DNA of 64,000 nt from Desulfurococcaceae archaeon (GTDB lineage Archaea; Thermoproteota; Thermoprotei_A; Sulfolobales; Desulfurococcaceae), in assembly GCA_038888155.1 (NCBI GenBank), contig JAWAJB010000002.1:160001-224000 (forward strand), read 5' to 3'. Under the pieces are notes generated by a model, which was not told where the DNA came from, did no database searches, and worked only from the letters and a program-made list of their open reading frames with translations. The translations under genes were made by a program, and so were the position numbers. Positions 37,917-47,875 of this stretch are shown here, piece after piece. Numbering within the stretch: the first letter of the stretch is position 1; each line of letters starts with the position of its first letter.

Positions 37917-39011
37917 TTGGTTATAGATGTAGGAGATTGGGAGATCAAGTTAAAGAAATATTCAAATCCCCGCGAATTAATTGTAGAGATCTCTACGCGG
38001 TGTAATCTTTCCTGTGTTCACTGCTTCCGTTACAGTGCCGAAGAACTAGCTTATCAGGACATGAAGACAGACGAGTTTAGACTTATCGTCAATAATGCGA
38101 TATCCTCAGGGATTAGGAAATTAGTGTTTTCGGGTTGGGGGGAACCAACGATAAACCCTTATTTTGGAGATATGTTGGAGTTCGCTAAGAGCAGAGGACT
38201 CTACGTGGTTGTTAATACTAATGGCTCATTGATAGGAAAGTACATAAATTTTCTCCTAGACTTGGCGGACGAGCTCTATATTAGCATTGATGCAGTAGAT
38301 GCTTCGATATATGAGCAGATAAGAAAAGCGAGCAATTTATCCGCGCTCTCAAGTGATTTAGTCCAGCTCGCTTATCTGAAGAAAAGTAGGAGGACACAAA
38401 AACCAATTATCAAGGCTATTTTCACTATAACTCGGTTTAATGTTGATCAGATGCTTAAACTCCCAGATTATGCTGTTGACGTTGGTATCCAGGAAATATA
38501 TCTAAGTCACTGTATACCTTACGTAGGAGGCATCGAAAAAATAGACTGTTTAAGCGATCAAGAATGTTTGAGTAGGCTAAGCAATCACATTGATAAAATA
38601 GCAGTTAGATTAATAAGTATGCCCATTAAGATGTGGCTGCCTAAGGCTGGTTACTACACTTCTAGAATTTGTCCCTTTATAAATAATAAAGCATTATTTG
38701 TAGGAGTTGACGGCAAGATCTCGCCTTGTATGTATATGGCGCATTCCTGGCATCCAATACTAGGCGGGGTTAAGCGAACAATTAAGAGAGTGGTGATCGG
38801 CGATGCCTTAAGAGAGAACATAGTATATGTTTGGCACAAAAACGCAAATATGATTTTCAAGCTATATTTCAACTACATGCCTTCATGCATAGACTGTGAG
38901 CTCGTGAACTGGTGTAGTTATACTCTGAGTAACGAGGTTGATTGCTGGGGAAATTCTCCTAACTGTTCTCACTGTCCATATCATTATAGATTATCGTATT
39001 GTCCCCTATGA
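37917..39011 (+). CDS. tungsten cofactor oxidoreductase radical SAM maturase (SPASM domain)
   Basis: CNLSCVHCFR, GWGEP, CPF, SPC, PSCIDC..C..DCWGN.P.C..CPY; adjacent to aor. Confidence 0.88.
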   Translation: MVIDVGDWEIKLKKYSNPRELIVEISTRCNLSCVHCFRYSAEELAYQDMKTDEFRLIVNNAISSGIRKLVFSGWGEPTINPYFGDMLEFAKSRGLYVVVNTNGSLIGKYINFLLDLADELYISIDAVDASIYEQIRKASNLSALSSDLVQLAYLKKSRRTQKPIIKAIFTITRFNVDQMLKLPDYAVDVGIQEIYLSHCIPYVGGIEKIDCLSDQECLSRLSNHIDKIAVRLISMPIKMWLPKAGYYTSRICPFINNKALFVGVDGKISPCMYMAHSWHPILGGVKRTIKRVVIGDALRENIVYVWHKNANMIFKLYFNYMPSCIDCELVNWCSYTLSNEVDCWGNSPNCSHCPYHYRLSYCPL

Positions 39012-39177
39012 GCACTAGATTTTTATTCATTGACCAATTAACAAAAATCAAGGTAATTAACTACTAAAGGCTAAATTTTAATGAATGTATAGGACAACTC
39101 TATTGACGTTGTAGAAATATTAAGGCATAACCGTCTACATATTTTGCAGAACGGGCCTACGATAGGGGTCGCAATAA

Positions 39178-39459
39178 ATGGCTTATGACCAATTTTTAAT
39201 TGAAAGTGATGCGCCGGTAAACAGCAGAGAGACCAATAACGCACTAAAAATCCTATTAATTGCATATAATAAAGCTGATTGTTATTTCAGCAAGGGTTAC
39301 TTAAATAGTGAGGGAATTAAATTAGTAAATATAGCTATGCGAAGCATAATTAAGAAGCACCCACAATATATTGTCTATTTTAAGAAGTTGAGGAAGAGCA
39401 AATCCTACGAGCACTTCTTAAAACTACTGGGCGCCGTTGAAGCTATCGCACATCAGTAA
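39178..39459 (+). CDS. hypothetical protein (93 aa)
   Basis: GGGGT SD then ATG; no motif recognised. Confidence 0.55.
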   Translation: MAYDQFLIESDAPVNSRETNNALKILLIAYNKADCYFSKGYLNSEGIKLVNIAMRSIIKKHPQYIVYFKKLRKSKSYEHFLKLLGAVEAIAHQ

Positions 39460-39905
39460 CTTTCGACGTAGACCATGTCTTCTGTGCAACTGTTTTCTTC
39501 GGCTAGGTTATACGCTCTGTATATACATTGTTCTGGTAAATCGCTACATTGAAATAAATGAGATACGCTAATTGATTTATCTGTACAGCCAAACTTGGGT
39601 ATGTAGTTAAAGTTTAGAGCCAGCTGTTTAGCAATTTCGACTTCGCAATCGCTACATTTGGACTTGATCAGAAGACAACCTAGGATTTCGACACAGTAAT
39701 TCGCCGTCAACGCATCTATATGCCACTTTAGACTTTTTTCTTTCGATAGATGACGCGATATCCTTGCAAGAGCTCCTCCAGGGCCCTTGCTTGAACCAAC
39801 ATATAAGTAGAGATTGGGGATCACTTTGACTATCTTATTCGCTAATAGTATCTCGATGTGAGACTTAACTTTGAGCACTAGAATGTAGCAATCCCAATGA
39901 TTCAT
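39453..39905 (-). CDS. DUF123 / GIY-YIG nuclease family protein
   Basis: YLYVGS, RI.RH, KWHID.L, FGCTD, SHLF. Confidence 0.85.
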   Translation of the reverse strand: MNHWDCYILVLKVKSHIEILLANKIVKVIPNLYLYVGSSKGPGGALARISRHLSKEKSLKWHIDALTANYCVEILGCLLIKSKCSDCEVEIAKQLALNFNYIPKFGCTDKSISVSHLFQCSDLPEQCIYRAYNLAEENSCTEDMVYVESY

Positions 39906-40028
39906 ATATAGGTATTGCCCTCGGTTTTCGATTTAGTAATTATTAAGTGCCTGTTAGATATAACTTTTTTGGCAATTAAACAATGCCTTTAGCATAGTTT
40001 AAAATCAATAAAAAATAGAGGTGTTCAT

Positions 40029-41177
40029 TTGATCAGTGAAGACCTTCAGGAACTTATTCAGTTAATTAAAAGGTTTAGGATCGAGTTGGTGAAGCCGTTT
40101 GTGGGAAGAGAGGATGAAGGACTGGCAATCACTCTTGCACTTATGACTTCAGAACACATTGTTCTAATTGGCGAGCCGGGCACCGCTAAATCTGCTTTAG
40201 CAAGAAGGGCGGCAGACCTCCTTAAAGCAAGGTTCTTTAAGTACCTTCTCACGCGATTTACGGAACCAGACGAGCTATTTGGACCACTAGATATTTCAGC
40301 TCTCAAAAATGGTCGGTATGTACGAATTACCAAGGGTAAATTGCCTGAGGCCGAAATAGCCTTTCTTGATGAGATTTTTAACGCAAGCTCAGCTATACTT
40401 AACACTCTCCTAACGTTGCTCAACGAGAGAGTTATCTACGATGGGTATAACGAAATAGCTGTCCCCCTATGGGCTTTAGTATCTGCAAGTAATAGTGTGC
40501 CTGAGGAACTTGAATACCAGGCCTTATACGATAGGTTTCTCCTAAGACACTTCGTTAAGCCTGTTAGTGAAGACAGGTGGATGGACTTAATTAATGCTTC
40601 ATGGCTTATTGAGAAGGATGGATATAGGGCATGTACCCCTCTTCTAACAATAGAAGATCTGAAAACAATTAATTCTCTATTATTGAGTGTAGATATATCC
40701 AACATAAAGCCTTTGCTAATAAAATTATATGCCGTACTGGAAGATCAGGGAATTCACCTAACTGACCGCAGAAAGGGAAAGATCCTCAAGGTAATAGCTG
40801 CTCACAGCTTCCTTAATGGCAGGTTAACAGCCAATGAAGAGGATCTATCAGTTTTAAAATACGTTGCTCCGCGCGATCGTGCAGAAGCTGAAAAAATTCA
40901 CATTATCTTAATAGAGGAACTAGAGACTAGGGATAAGTTATTAAACGAACTACAAGATATCGTAAGTAACATCAGGGAAGTAAAGACCTTGCTAGGCAAA
41001 TTACAGGACTTCGATCCTAAATTATTGGAGTACTTAAGGGGATTTGAGAGAGCACGCAATAAAATTAATAAAATTGTTGAGAGCACTACAGATGAGGACG
41101 TCAAAAAGAAAGCAATCGATACTTTAAGTGAGTTAAACAACATTGTGGACGAGATTAAGAGAAGGCTGTTAATATGA
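40029..41177 (+). CDS. MoxR-family AAA+ ATPase, RavA-like
   Basis: GEPGTAKS, TRFTEPDELFGP, FLDEIF, ASN, ALYDRF, LTDRR. Confidence 0.9.
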   Translation: MISEDLQELIQLIKRFRIELVKPFVGREDEGLAITLALMTSEHIVLIGEPGTAKSALARRAADLLKARFFKYLLTRFTEPDELFGPLDISALKNGRYVRITKGKLPEAEIAFLDEIFNASSAILNTLLTLLNERVIYDGYNEIAVPLWALVSASNSVPEELEYQALYDRFLLRHFVKPVSEDRWMDLINASWLIEKDGYRACTPLLTIEDLKTINSLLLSVDISNIKPLLIKLYAVLEDQGIHLTDRRKGKILKVIAAHSFLNGRLTANEEDLSVLKYVAPRDRAEAEKIHIILIEELETRDKLLNELQDIVSNIREVKTLLGKLQDFDPKLLEYLRGFERARNKINKIVESTTDEDVKKKAIDTLSELNNIVDEIKRRLLI

Positions 41178-42457
41178 GTGGTAAGGAAACAGGTGCTTTG
41201 CGCGGAATTAATTATGATGAACTTATCATAAAGTACAGAGGGGATCGAGTAGTTAAGTTGTCCGAAATCCTTTTGTCTAGGGGGAAAACAATTCCGCGAA
41301 CAGCAGGAATTGATACATTCTATTCGCTTTACCTCCCAGCACCTATATTAAATGAGACTTCCACTTGTGAATTGTGTAAGGCGATTGTTAAAACACTAAC
41401 GAATACAACTGAGGGAGTCAGGCTAAGAACTAGATCCATGCTAGATACGTTGTTAAGCACGCTTACTGCAGCTGTATATCTATCGAGGCTATTCGAAAAA
41501 TTTCGTGTTGAGGAGCATTTAAAGGGAGGACATAACTCATTGCGGTATGAAAAGATCATGAACGATGCCAAAGAAGCTGCGTATGAAGTGCTTTCTGAAG
41601 TGGAAAATATATCTAGAGTTCGGTCGGCTCTTGAGGGACTACATCCTGGATCGATTAGCATCTTCTCTACGGAGGATTACAGCTTGGAACTTTTAAGGCT
41701 TGCTAAGGTGACTGATATCAAAAAGATCATAGAAATGCTAGAGGGGATCAAGCAATGCGATATTGCAACATCAAGGAGGAGCAGGCCATTTAAAAAGGGA
41801 GAAAGGCAGGGTTTCGTGTTGGGGTCGGATGTTGAGAGAATTGTTCCCTCGAATTTCCTATATAGCGATGATGTCTTTTACACCAGACTAGCGCAAGGAA
41901 GATTGTTGCTGTACAGCAAGACCATAGAGGAGTCTATGGGGTCAATCTACGTTTTGTTGGATAAAAGCGGGAGCATGGAAGGAGAGAAAATCTTATGGGC
42001 CAAGGCTGTTGCCCTTGCTCTATACATGAAGGCATTGAGAGGAGGGCGCGACTTCTACATAAGATTCTTCGACAGCCAGCCATACAGCTTGATGAACGTG
42101 AGGAGGAAACCCACTTCAAAAGATGCCACTAAAGTTTTTGAATATATAGCTAGAATCAAGAGCGCTGGAGGGACGGATATTACAAGGGCTCTTGTTACAG
42201 CAACGTCAGATCTCAGCAGTAATTTAATAAAAGGTAGCACTATCGTTTTAGTTACAGATGGGATAGATAGAGTTTTTGAGAGTCCACTTAAGCGGAATTT
42301 AAAGAAAAGCGATACAAAACTAATAACTGTCATGATAAAGGGCGAAAATAAAAGTCTCTTAGCGTTGTCAAAGGAATATCTAAAAGTTGTCAAACTAAGT
42401 CGAGAGGACATTATACAAGTAATAAAAGCAGTAGACCGTGAGATAAAACTCAATTGA
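41174..42457 (+). CDS. VWA domain protein, ViaA-like
   Basis: MIDAS DKSGSM, GGTDI, VTDG; ATGA overlap with the ATPase gene. Confidence 0.88.
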   Translation: MSGKETGALRGINYDELIIKYRGDRVVKLSEILLSRGKTIPRTAGIDTFYSLYLPAPILNETSTCELCKAIVKTLTNTTEGVRLRTRSMLDTLLSTLTAAVYLSRLFEKFRVEEHLKGGHNSLRYEKIMNDAKEAAYEVLSEVENISRVRSALEGLHPGSISIFSTEDYSLELLRLAKVTDIKKIIEMLEGIKQCDIATSRRSRPFKKGERQGFVLGSDVERIVPSNFLYSDDVFYTRLAQGRLLLYSKTIEESMGSIYVLLDKSGSMEGEKILWAKAVALALYMKALRGGRDFYIRFFDSQPYSLMNVRRKPTSKDATKVFEYIARIKSAGGTDITRALVTATSDLSSNLIKGSTIVLVTDGIDRVFESPLKRNLKKSDTKLITVMIKGENKSLLALSKEYLKVVKLSREDIIQVIKAVDREIKLN

Positions 42458-42483
42458 AGCGTATATACTGAACTGGGCTCATT

Positions 42484-43317
42484 CTAGGTAGAAAAGAGCG
42501 TAAGCGAATTTATGGGTTTTAAACACCGCTTCAATTCACATATCAATTCAGCTAAAATACTTATGGCGATCTCCTCTGGGGAATCAGATCCTATGTCCAA
42601 ACCTGCTGGTGCATGCACTCTATTCTTAAATTGGCCAACGTCTATGCCTTCTTTGCGTAATTTCTCTAGAATCCACAATGCCTTTTTTCTGCTGCACAAA
42701 ATCCATATATGCCCGGGAAACCTCCTTTCTATTAATTTTTTAAGTATTTGATACTCTAGCTCTGGCTTACCGTGCGTAATCACAGCTGCATCGTAATTAT
42801 TGCTTAGATCAATTTTATCTAGGCTTTCAATTATATTCCCGAGGATTCTTTCAGCATATGGAAATCTTTCTGCTGTAACTAGTTCAGGGTTGTCATCTAG
42901 AATCACTACTTTGTACTTTAAAATATTTGCCATGTCTCCAACAGGCTTGCCCACGTGCCCCGCTCCTATAATTAGAACTCTAGGAACAGTGTTTACGATA
43001 TCTATAAACACTTCTACCACACCTCCACAAATCATATGCGTTTTTATTGAATCCTTTGGCTCGCTTTCTTGCGTTAATGCAATTTTAATACGCCTTGGGC
43101 GAGCAATCTGAAGAGCTATAAGACATTCCTTGACAACTATATCTTCAATTTCTCCCCCTCCAATTGTACCCTTTTTTTGCCCGTCACTAGATACTGCGAT
43201 TGTCGTGCCCACGTCTCTAGGAGCACTTCCATCTTTTCCTATAATAGTTGCAATAGCTACACGCTTGCCTTTTGAAACGTTGTCCAAAACCCACTCAATA
43301 ATATCAGTTGTAACCAT
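42484..43317 (-). CDS. xdhC: XdhC/CoxI family Mo/W cofactor chaperone
   Basis: GSAPR, GTIGGG, MICGG, GAGHVG, P.GLDIG..SPEEIA.SI.AE; start ATG 43317 (ORF track opens at 43383). Confidence 0.88.
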   Translation of the reverse strand: MVTTDIIEWVLDNVSKGKRVAIATIIGKDGSAPRDVGTTIAVSSDGQKKGTIGGGEIEDIVVKECLIALQIARPRRIKIALTQESEPKDSIKTHMICGGVVEVFIDIVNTVPRVLIIGAGHVGKPVGDMANILKYKVVILDDNPELVTAERFPYAERILGNIIESLDKIDLSNNYDAAVITHGKPELEYQILKKLIERRFPGHIWILCSRKKALWILEKLRKEGIDVGQFKNRVHAPAGLDIGSDSPEEIAISILAELICELKRCLKPINSLTLFST

Positions 43318-43395
43318 AGACCCCCCTGGGATAAAGACCATTTGGACGCTATATATTTCAAATTTTCCAATTTTTGTTAACATTTTATGATTTTA

Positions 43396-44238
43396 TTAAA
43401 GATTTAGCTCGCGTCTAACGTACTGATCTATCTCTATTCCAATTTCAGAGGACCTCTTGTATGCCGATTCTATGGTTTTCATAAGGGCTGATTTTACCCC
43501 CTCAGACTCCATCATCATTATCCCCCGTATGGTTGTTCCAGCTGGAGTTATTACCTCATCTCTAACGACGGCTGGATGGCTATCGATTTCACGCAAAAGT
43601 ATAGCCGTTCCTTCAAGCACGTCTAGAATTGATTTGTATGCGATATCCCTTGGCATACCGGATGCCACTGCACCTAGTACAAGCCCGTCTATTATTTCGG
43701 CTATAAATGCAGGCCCGCTACCAACCAGACCTGTCCACACATCTATGTATTCTTCTGGGACCCAATACACTGCTCCCATGCACTTAAATAGTTCCTCTAC
43801 TACTGTTTTGCTATGAGCATTATTGTCCTGCAATGCTATTGCAGTTGATGCCTTGCGTACTAGCACGTTGATATTTGTCATGGCCCTGTATATTTCTGCC
43901 CCAGGCATTACATCCATTAATGTTTTTAGCTTAATACCTGCCATAACCGATATAACAAGTTTATTTTTCCAGAGATCTCTGCCAGTATTCCTCATTACCT
44001 CGGGGAAATGATGCGGTTTAACACTTAATATAATAATATCTGATTGCTTTACTGCTTCTTTGTTACTCCGATGAACAGTGGCTCCAAGCATTTTAGCGTT
44101 CTCTAGCGTTTCATTTCTTCTACCAGTAGCAACAATTCTCGCTCCACCTCTACAACAGTCTTTGAGTGCGCCTATAATAGCCGATCCAATCCGTCCGGCG
44201 CCAATGATGGCTATAGTTTTCTCGTTGCAGTAGCCCAT
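43396..44238 (-). CDS. proC: pyrroline-5-carboxylate reductase
   Basis: IGAGRIG, SVKP, GSGPAF, TPAGTT. Confidence 0.93.
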   Translation of the reverse strand: MGYCNEKTIAIIGAGRIGSAIIGALKDCCRGGARIVATGRRNETLENAKMLGATVHRSNKEAVKQSDIIILSVKPHHFPEVMRNTGRDLWKNKLVISVMAGIKLKTLMDVMPGAEIYRAMTNINVLVRKASTAIALQDNNAHSKTVVEELFKCMGAVYWVPEEYIDVWTGLVGSGPAFIAEIIDGLVLGAVASGMPRDIAYKSILDVLEGTAILLREIDSHPAVVRDEVITPAGTTIRGIMMMESEGVKSALMKTIESAYKRSSEIGIEIDQYVRRELNL

Positions 44239-44371
44239 TTGTTGACCCCTCGACCCTAAATCAGATGAAATATGCTCATTTAAGTAACCTACGTAAATTA
44301 TGAAGAGTGCATATTTATAATGCTTATCTGTATGAGTGGATATGTGGGTAATATAGGAGAGTTGAAGAGAA

Positions 44372-44896
44372 TTGAGCTTTAATATAGTAATAACCCATGA
44401 GCAGGGTTTGGATAATTACAGATTTATTGCAAGTAGATTAAGAAGGATAGGTTTAGAGCATGTAATAGTGGATAAGGGGCCATCTCTTGTGCTTCTAAGG
44501 GTCGATGACCCCTACAAGGTGGTAGAAGCATTACGCGAGTACGTCAAGGATATACCCGTAATATATAGAGTTATCCCGGTTGATAGTGTGGTTGACCCAT
44601 ATGTCGAGGTGGTTGCAGCCAAGGTCAAAGAGTTAGTAGACCTTAAGTTACCCAGAGATAGCACTTTTAGGATCACGCTTCACGGCAGGCTATATTGGCA
44701 AGAGACAAGGTTGCCTGCCCATACTGTGGATGCCATTAGGGTTATTGCCCATGGAATAGACAGGTCAGTCTCTCTGACAAGACCAGATTACATTGTTTAC
44801 ATTAGAAGCGTCAAACTATACCATAGAAGGAGATATGCCACAATAACTGTTGCCGAACCACCCATGATACTTACTTTGAAGTCTAATAGGCCATAA
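44372..44896 (+). CDS. stand-alone THUMP domain protein
   Basis: RVIPVD, TFRITL..R, VSL..PD. Confidence 0.8.
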   Translation: MSFNIVITHEQGLDNYRFIASRLRRIGLEHVIVDKGPSLVLLRVDDPYKVVEALREYVKDIPVIYRVIPVDSVVDPYVEVVAAKVKELVDLKLPRDSTFRITLHGRLYWQETRLPAHTVDAIRVIAHGIDRSVSLTRPDYIVYIRSVKLYHRRRYATITVAEPPMILTLKSNRP

Positions 44897-44897
44897 A

Positions 44898-45494
44898 TTA
44901 CACAGGTCTACCCACAGGAAATACGTAGAGTGCTATGTAATCATTCCCCAATCCTATGAGATTCAATACTTCGTTATCGTGGAAAGCGCCTATAGCAACC
45001 GTTCCAAGGCTCATTTCGCTTGAAGCTAGATATATATTTTGTCCTATATGACCCGCTTCATTGTGTATGTATCTAAATCCCCTTTCGCCGTACCAGCTAG
45101 TTGTTTTTTCATATAGGGCTACCAGGATAATGTTCACGGGTGCTTCTTTAACCCACAATTGATCTAAACATGCTCTCGTGAGTTCCCATGAGTAGTCTCC
45201 CTCTTTAATTAACATTAGCGAATGCGTTTGATCAATGTATCTATAGACGCCTGGCCTGACTCCTTCAACATCTCTAACAACCAAATATAACTCAATGGGG
45301 TATGTAGCACCAGCTGATGGGACTACGCGCCTTCTTCTGTCTATGAGACCATACGAGGTCCAAAGTAATTGTGATAGCTCGTCTAGCTTTAGCGGCTCTT
45401 TCCTAAATTTCCTGATACTTCGCCTCTTAATCAGAAGTTGGCACAAACACGTCGTCTTATTGGGCTCAGGTAGTTTTAGTTCCATGCGAATCAC
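44898..45494 (-). CDS. SagB/ThcOx family nitroreductase-like dehydrogenase
   Basis: RRSIR.F, PSAGATYP.E.Y, EAGHIGQN, IGAF.D. Confidence 0.88.
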   Translation of the reverse strand: MIRMELKLPEPNKTTCLCQLLIKRRSIRKFRKEPLKLDELSQLLWTSYGLIDRRRRVVPSAGATYPIELYLVVRDVEGVRPGVYRYIDQTHSLMLIKEGDYSWELTRACLDQLWVKEAPVNIILVALYEKTTSWYGERGFRYIHNEAGHIGQNIYLASSEMSLGTVAIGAFHDNEVLNLIGLGNDYIALYVFPVGRPV

Positions 45495-45776
45495 TCGTCA
45501 TAGAACATGTATATTTTAGATTGGAATAAATAAAAGCATTTTGAGTTTTCTTACTTATTCGGGTTGGTTAGACGTATTAAATCTCTAACTTTATAGTAGC
45601 TTCATGCTGACGATCCCTATAATCAAACCCCTCCGAAGAACAAACTAAATATATCAAAACTTTTAAGAAAAATAAGATCAATTAAGAGCCGTAGAATTAT
45701 CTATATGATTTCAACTAAAAGCAACTTAAAAAGAGCGCCGACCTGAAATATATAAACTCAACCTTTATACTTAAAC

Positions 45777-46319
45777 GTGAGTGGGTTGACCAACATGCTA
45801 TACAGGCTGTTATATCCTTTAAGAACATATCTTATTGTGTCAGGAAATAAGGATGAAGAAGTCGATGTCATGGCTGCTGATTGGGTCACCGTCGTGTCAG
45901 TCGAACCGTTTCTTGTCGCCGTGTCCATCGCGCCAACAAGATATACATTTAAGCTGATAAAGAAATATAAGGAGTTTGTTATTAGCGTCCCAAGTATACA
46001 TATGTTGAGCGATGTCTGGATCACTGGAACAGAGCATGGACCCGAGAAGATTAAAAAGACAAAGCTAGAGTTTGTTCCAGGCAGTAAGGTAGGGACTCCA
46101 CTTATTAGTAACGCGCTTGCTAATTTAGAATGCAAAGTCATCGGGGAACATCCCTATGGCGATCATGTGCTATTTATTGGGGAGGTAATCGCTTATCGCA
46201 AGAAAGAGGATGCATATATAGACAATGAACCCAAGCTGGAGGCTGGGTTCTTTGCACATATAGCTTTAGATAGGTTTGTGACGTTCAGAGAAGAGTTTTA
46301 CACTGCAGAACGCCGCTAA
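45777..46319 (+). CDS. flavin reductase family protein
   Basis: LYP, ECKV, GDHVLFIGEV. Confidence 0.87.
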   Translation: MSGLTNMLYRLLYPLRTYLIVSGNKDEEVDVMAADWVTVVSVEPFLVAVSIAPTRYTFKLIKKYKEFVISVPSIHMLSDVWITGTEHGPEKIKKTKLEFVPGSKVGTPLISNALANLECKVIGEHPYGDHVLFIGEVIAYRKKEDAYIDNEPKLEAGFFAHIALDRFVTFREEFYTAERR

Positions 46320-46468
46320 TATTAAAAAATAGAGGTAATCGAAATCGTAGACCTTTTTGTATTTTTACTTAAAGGCCTGCTCTCCTCGCTTTTTGATCTG
46401 GCTCTAATTGACGCTACTATAGTCAAGGACGCAGTTTGTATGGGGATACAAAATTAAATGAAAAATGT

Positions 46469-47206
46469 TTAAGAACCCCTAACCTCGCTACACGCTGGAC
46501 ACTTGGGATTCTTTGTGATGTATATAACGTTAAAGTCCATGCTATATCCATCATACATAATTAATTTGTTTAATGCAGGCTTACCATATCCCGTTATTAA
46601 CTTGATAGCTTCGGTTACTTGTATCATCGCGATAAGACCAGAAGTTGAACCTATAATCGGGAACGTTTTTGTCTCGTCAAGTTCTTTAGGTAGAATACAC
46701 TGTAAACAAGGAGTAAGCCCAGGAACAACCACTAAAACTTGGCCGTAAAGTCCGTAAACTCCACCGTGGATGAGTGGCTTCAGGTATTTTAAACAAATCT
46801 TGTTTAACAGAAGTCTAGTTTTCCAGTTATCCAAGGCATCAATAACTAAATCTGATTCAGGAACAAGCTTTTCAAGCAGTGAAGCATCGGCCATTTCAGG
46901 AATAGCTCTAATTCTAACGTTGGGATTCAGTTTACAGAGCTTCTCGGCAGCAGATTCTACTTTTAGTCTACTAATATCATCGGTCCAGTGAAGAATCTGT
47001 CTGTTCAAATTGCTTAGCTCAACGCGCTCAAAGTCTACAAGCCTTATTTCCCCAACGCCAGCAGCTACTAGGTACAGTGCTATAGGGGAACCAAGGCCGC
47101 CGACCCCAACTACGGTTATCTTTGAGCTTTTAAGTTTCTCCTGTCCAGCAACTCCAAAAAGTCTTATTTGTCTCTCATATCGTTCAAGTTCATCTAGATT
47201 TAGCAT
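46469..47206 (-). CDS. moeB: MoeB/ThiF/UbaA E1-like adenylyltransferase
   Basis: RYERQI, GVGGLGS, SNLNRQ, DALDN, PCLQC, CPAC. Confidence 0.9.
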   Translation of the reverse strand: MLNLDELERYERQIRLFGVAGQEKLKSSKITVVGVGGLGSPIALYLVAAGVGEIRLVDFERVELSNLNRQILHWTDDISRLKVESAAEKLCKLNPNVRIRAIPEMADASLLEKLVPESDLVIDALDNWKTRLLLNKICLKYLKPLIHGGVYGLYGQVLVVVPGLTPCLQCILPKELDETKTFPIIGSTSGLIAMIQVTEAIKLITGYGKPALNKLIMYDGYSMDFNVIYITKNPKCPACSEVRGS

Positions 47207-47275
47207 GGGCCGTATACCTCAGCGTCCTTTTAACATGTGAAATTATTAAGCCTCATATATTTATGAAAGAAAAGG

Positions 47276-47332
47276 AGTATGATGAAGCCTTGCCGCGGGT
47301 GATAGGTGAGCACCGTGAACCCCTGGCTGATT
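47276..47332 (+). ncRNA. C/D box methylation guide sRNA
   Basis: C ATGATGA (47279-85), guide AGCCTTGCCGCGG, D' GTGA, C' GTGAGCA, guide CCGTGAACCCCTGG, D CTGA (47327-30); TTATTAAG about 30 nt upstream; GC-rich island in AT-rich DNA. Confidence 0.85.
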
Positions 47333-47875
47333 AACATTTCTCTTCAACAAATTCGTGAATAACACAATAATACTTCAATAACATGGATTGGGCTGAGCGA
47401 CAATTATCATCTTTAAAAACCACCCACTTTCTTTATTCTCGCGTGAATCTGTCAAGCTATGAAATTCGCAGAACTAGGCACAACTATAAGGATCGTGAAA
47501 CACTTAAGCATTGAGATAGAAGTATCTATAGAGTGGAGACATAGCTTTCGCTTCATTGCTTAAAGCGTCTCATATACCATACGAACAACAAGTAGAGCCA
47601 TCAATAAAATGAGCAAAATTACATAGCCCATTATTTAAATACTCTATAGCTTTACCGTATCTGAAGATATAGGGATTAAGCTCAATGCTACAGGTTATAG
47701 CAAGCATTTAAGGCGTTTTGAAAGCAGTCAACGCTAAACTCATAATTGGGTTTTTAATAGCTTTCCAACGTTGAACATAGGAGGGTTATTGAATATACAT
47801 ATAGCGCATAGTCATATAGGTCCTGGGTAAGACTTTAATATATTGTGGAGCCATAATTCATGGTGGTGATTTGCG

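Noticed and set aside
35969-39011. aor plus radical SAM pairing as a new system
   Set aside because: Already described as the tungsten cofactor oxidoreductase radical SAM maturase association
34710-47206. RiPP cluster assembled from PqqD-like, SagB-like, ThiF and radical SAM genes
   Set aside because: Genes are scattered on different strands, with no YcaO, precursor peptide or exporter; SagB-like and ThiF genes have ordinary explanations
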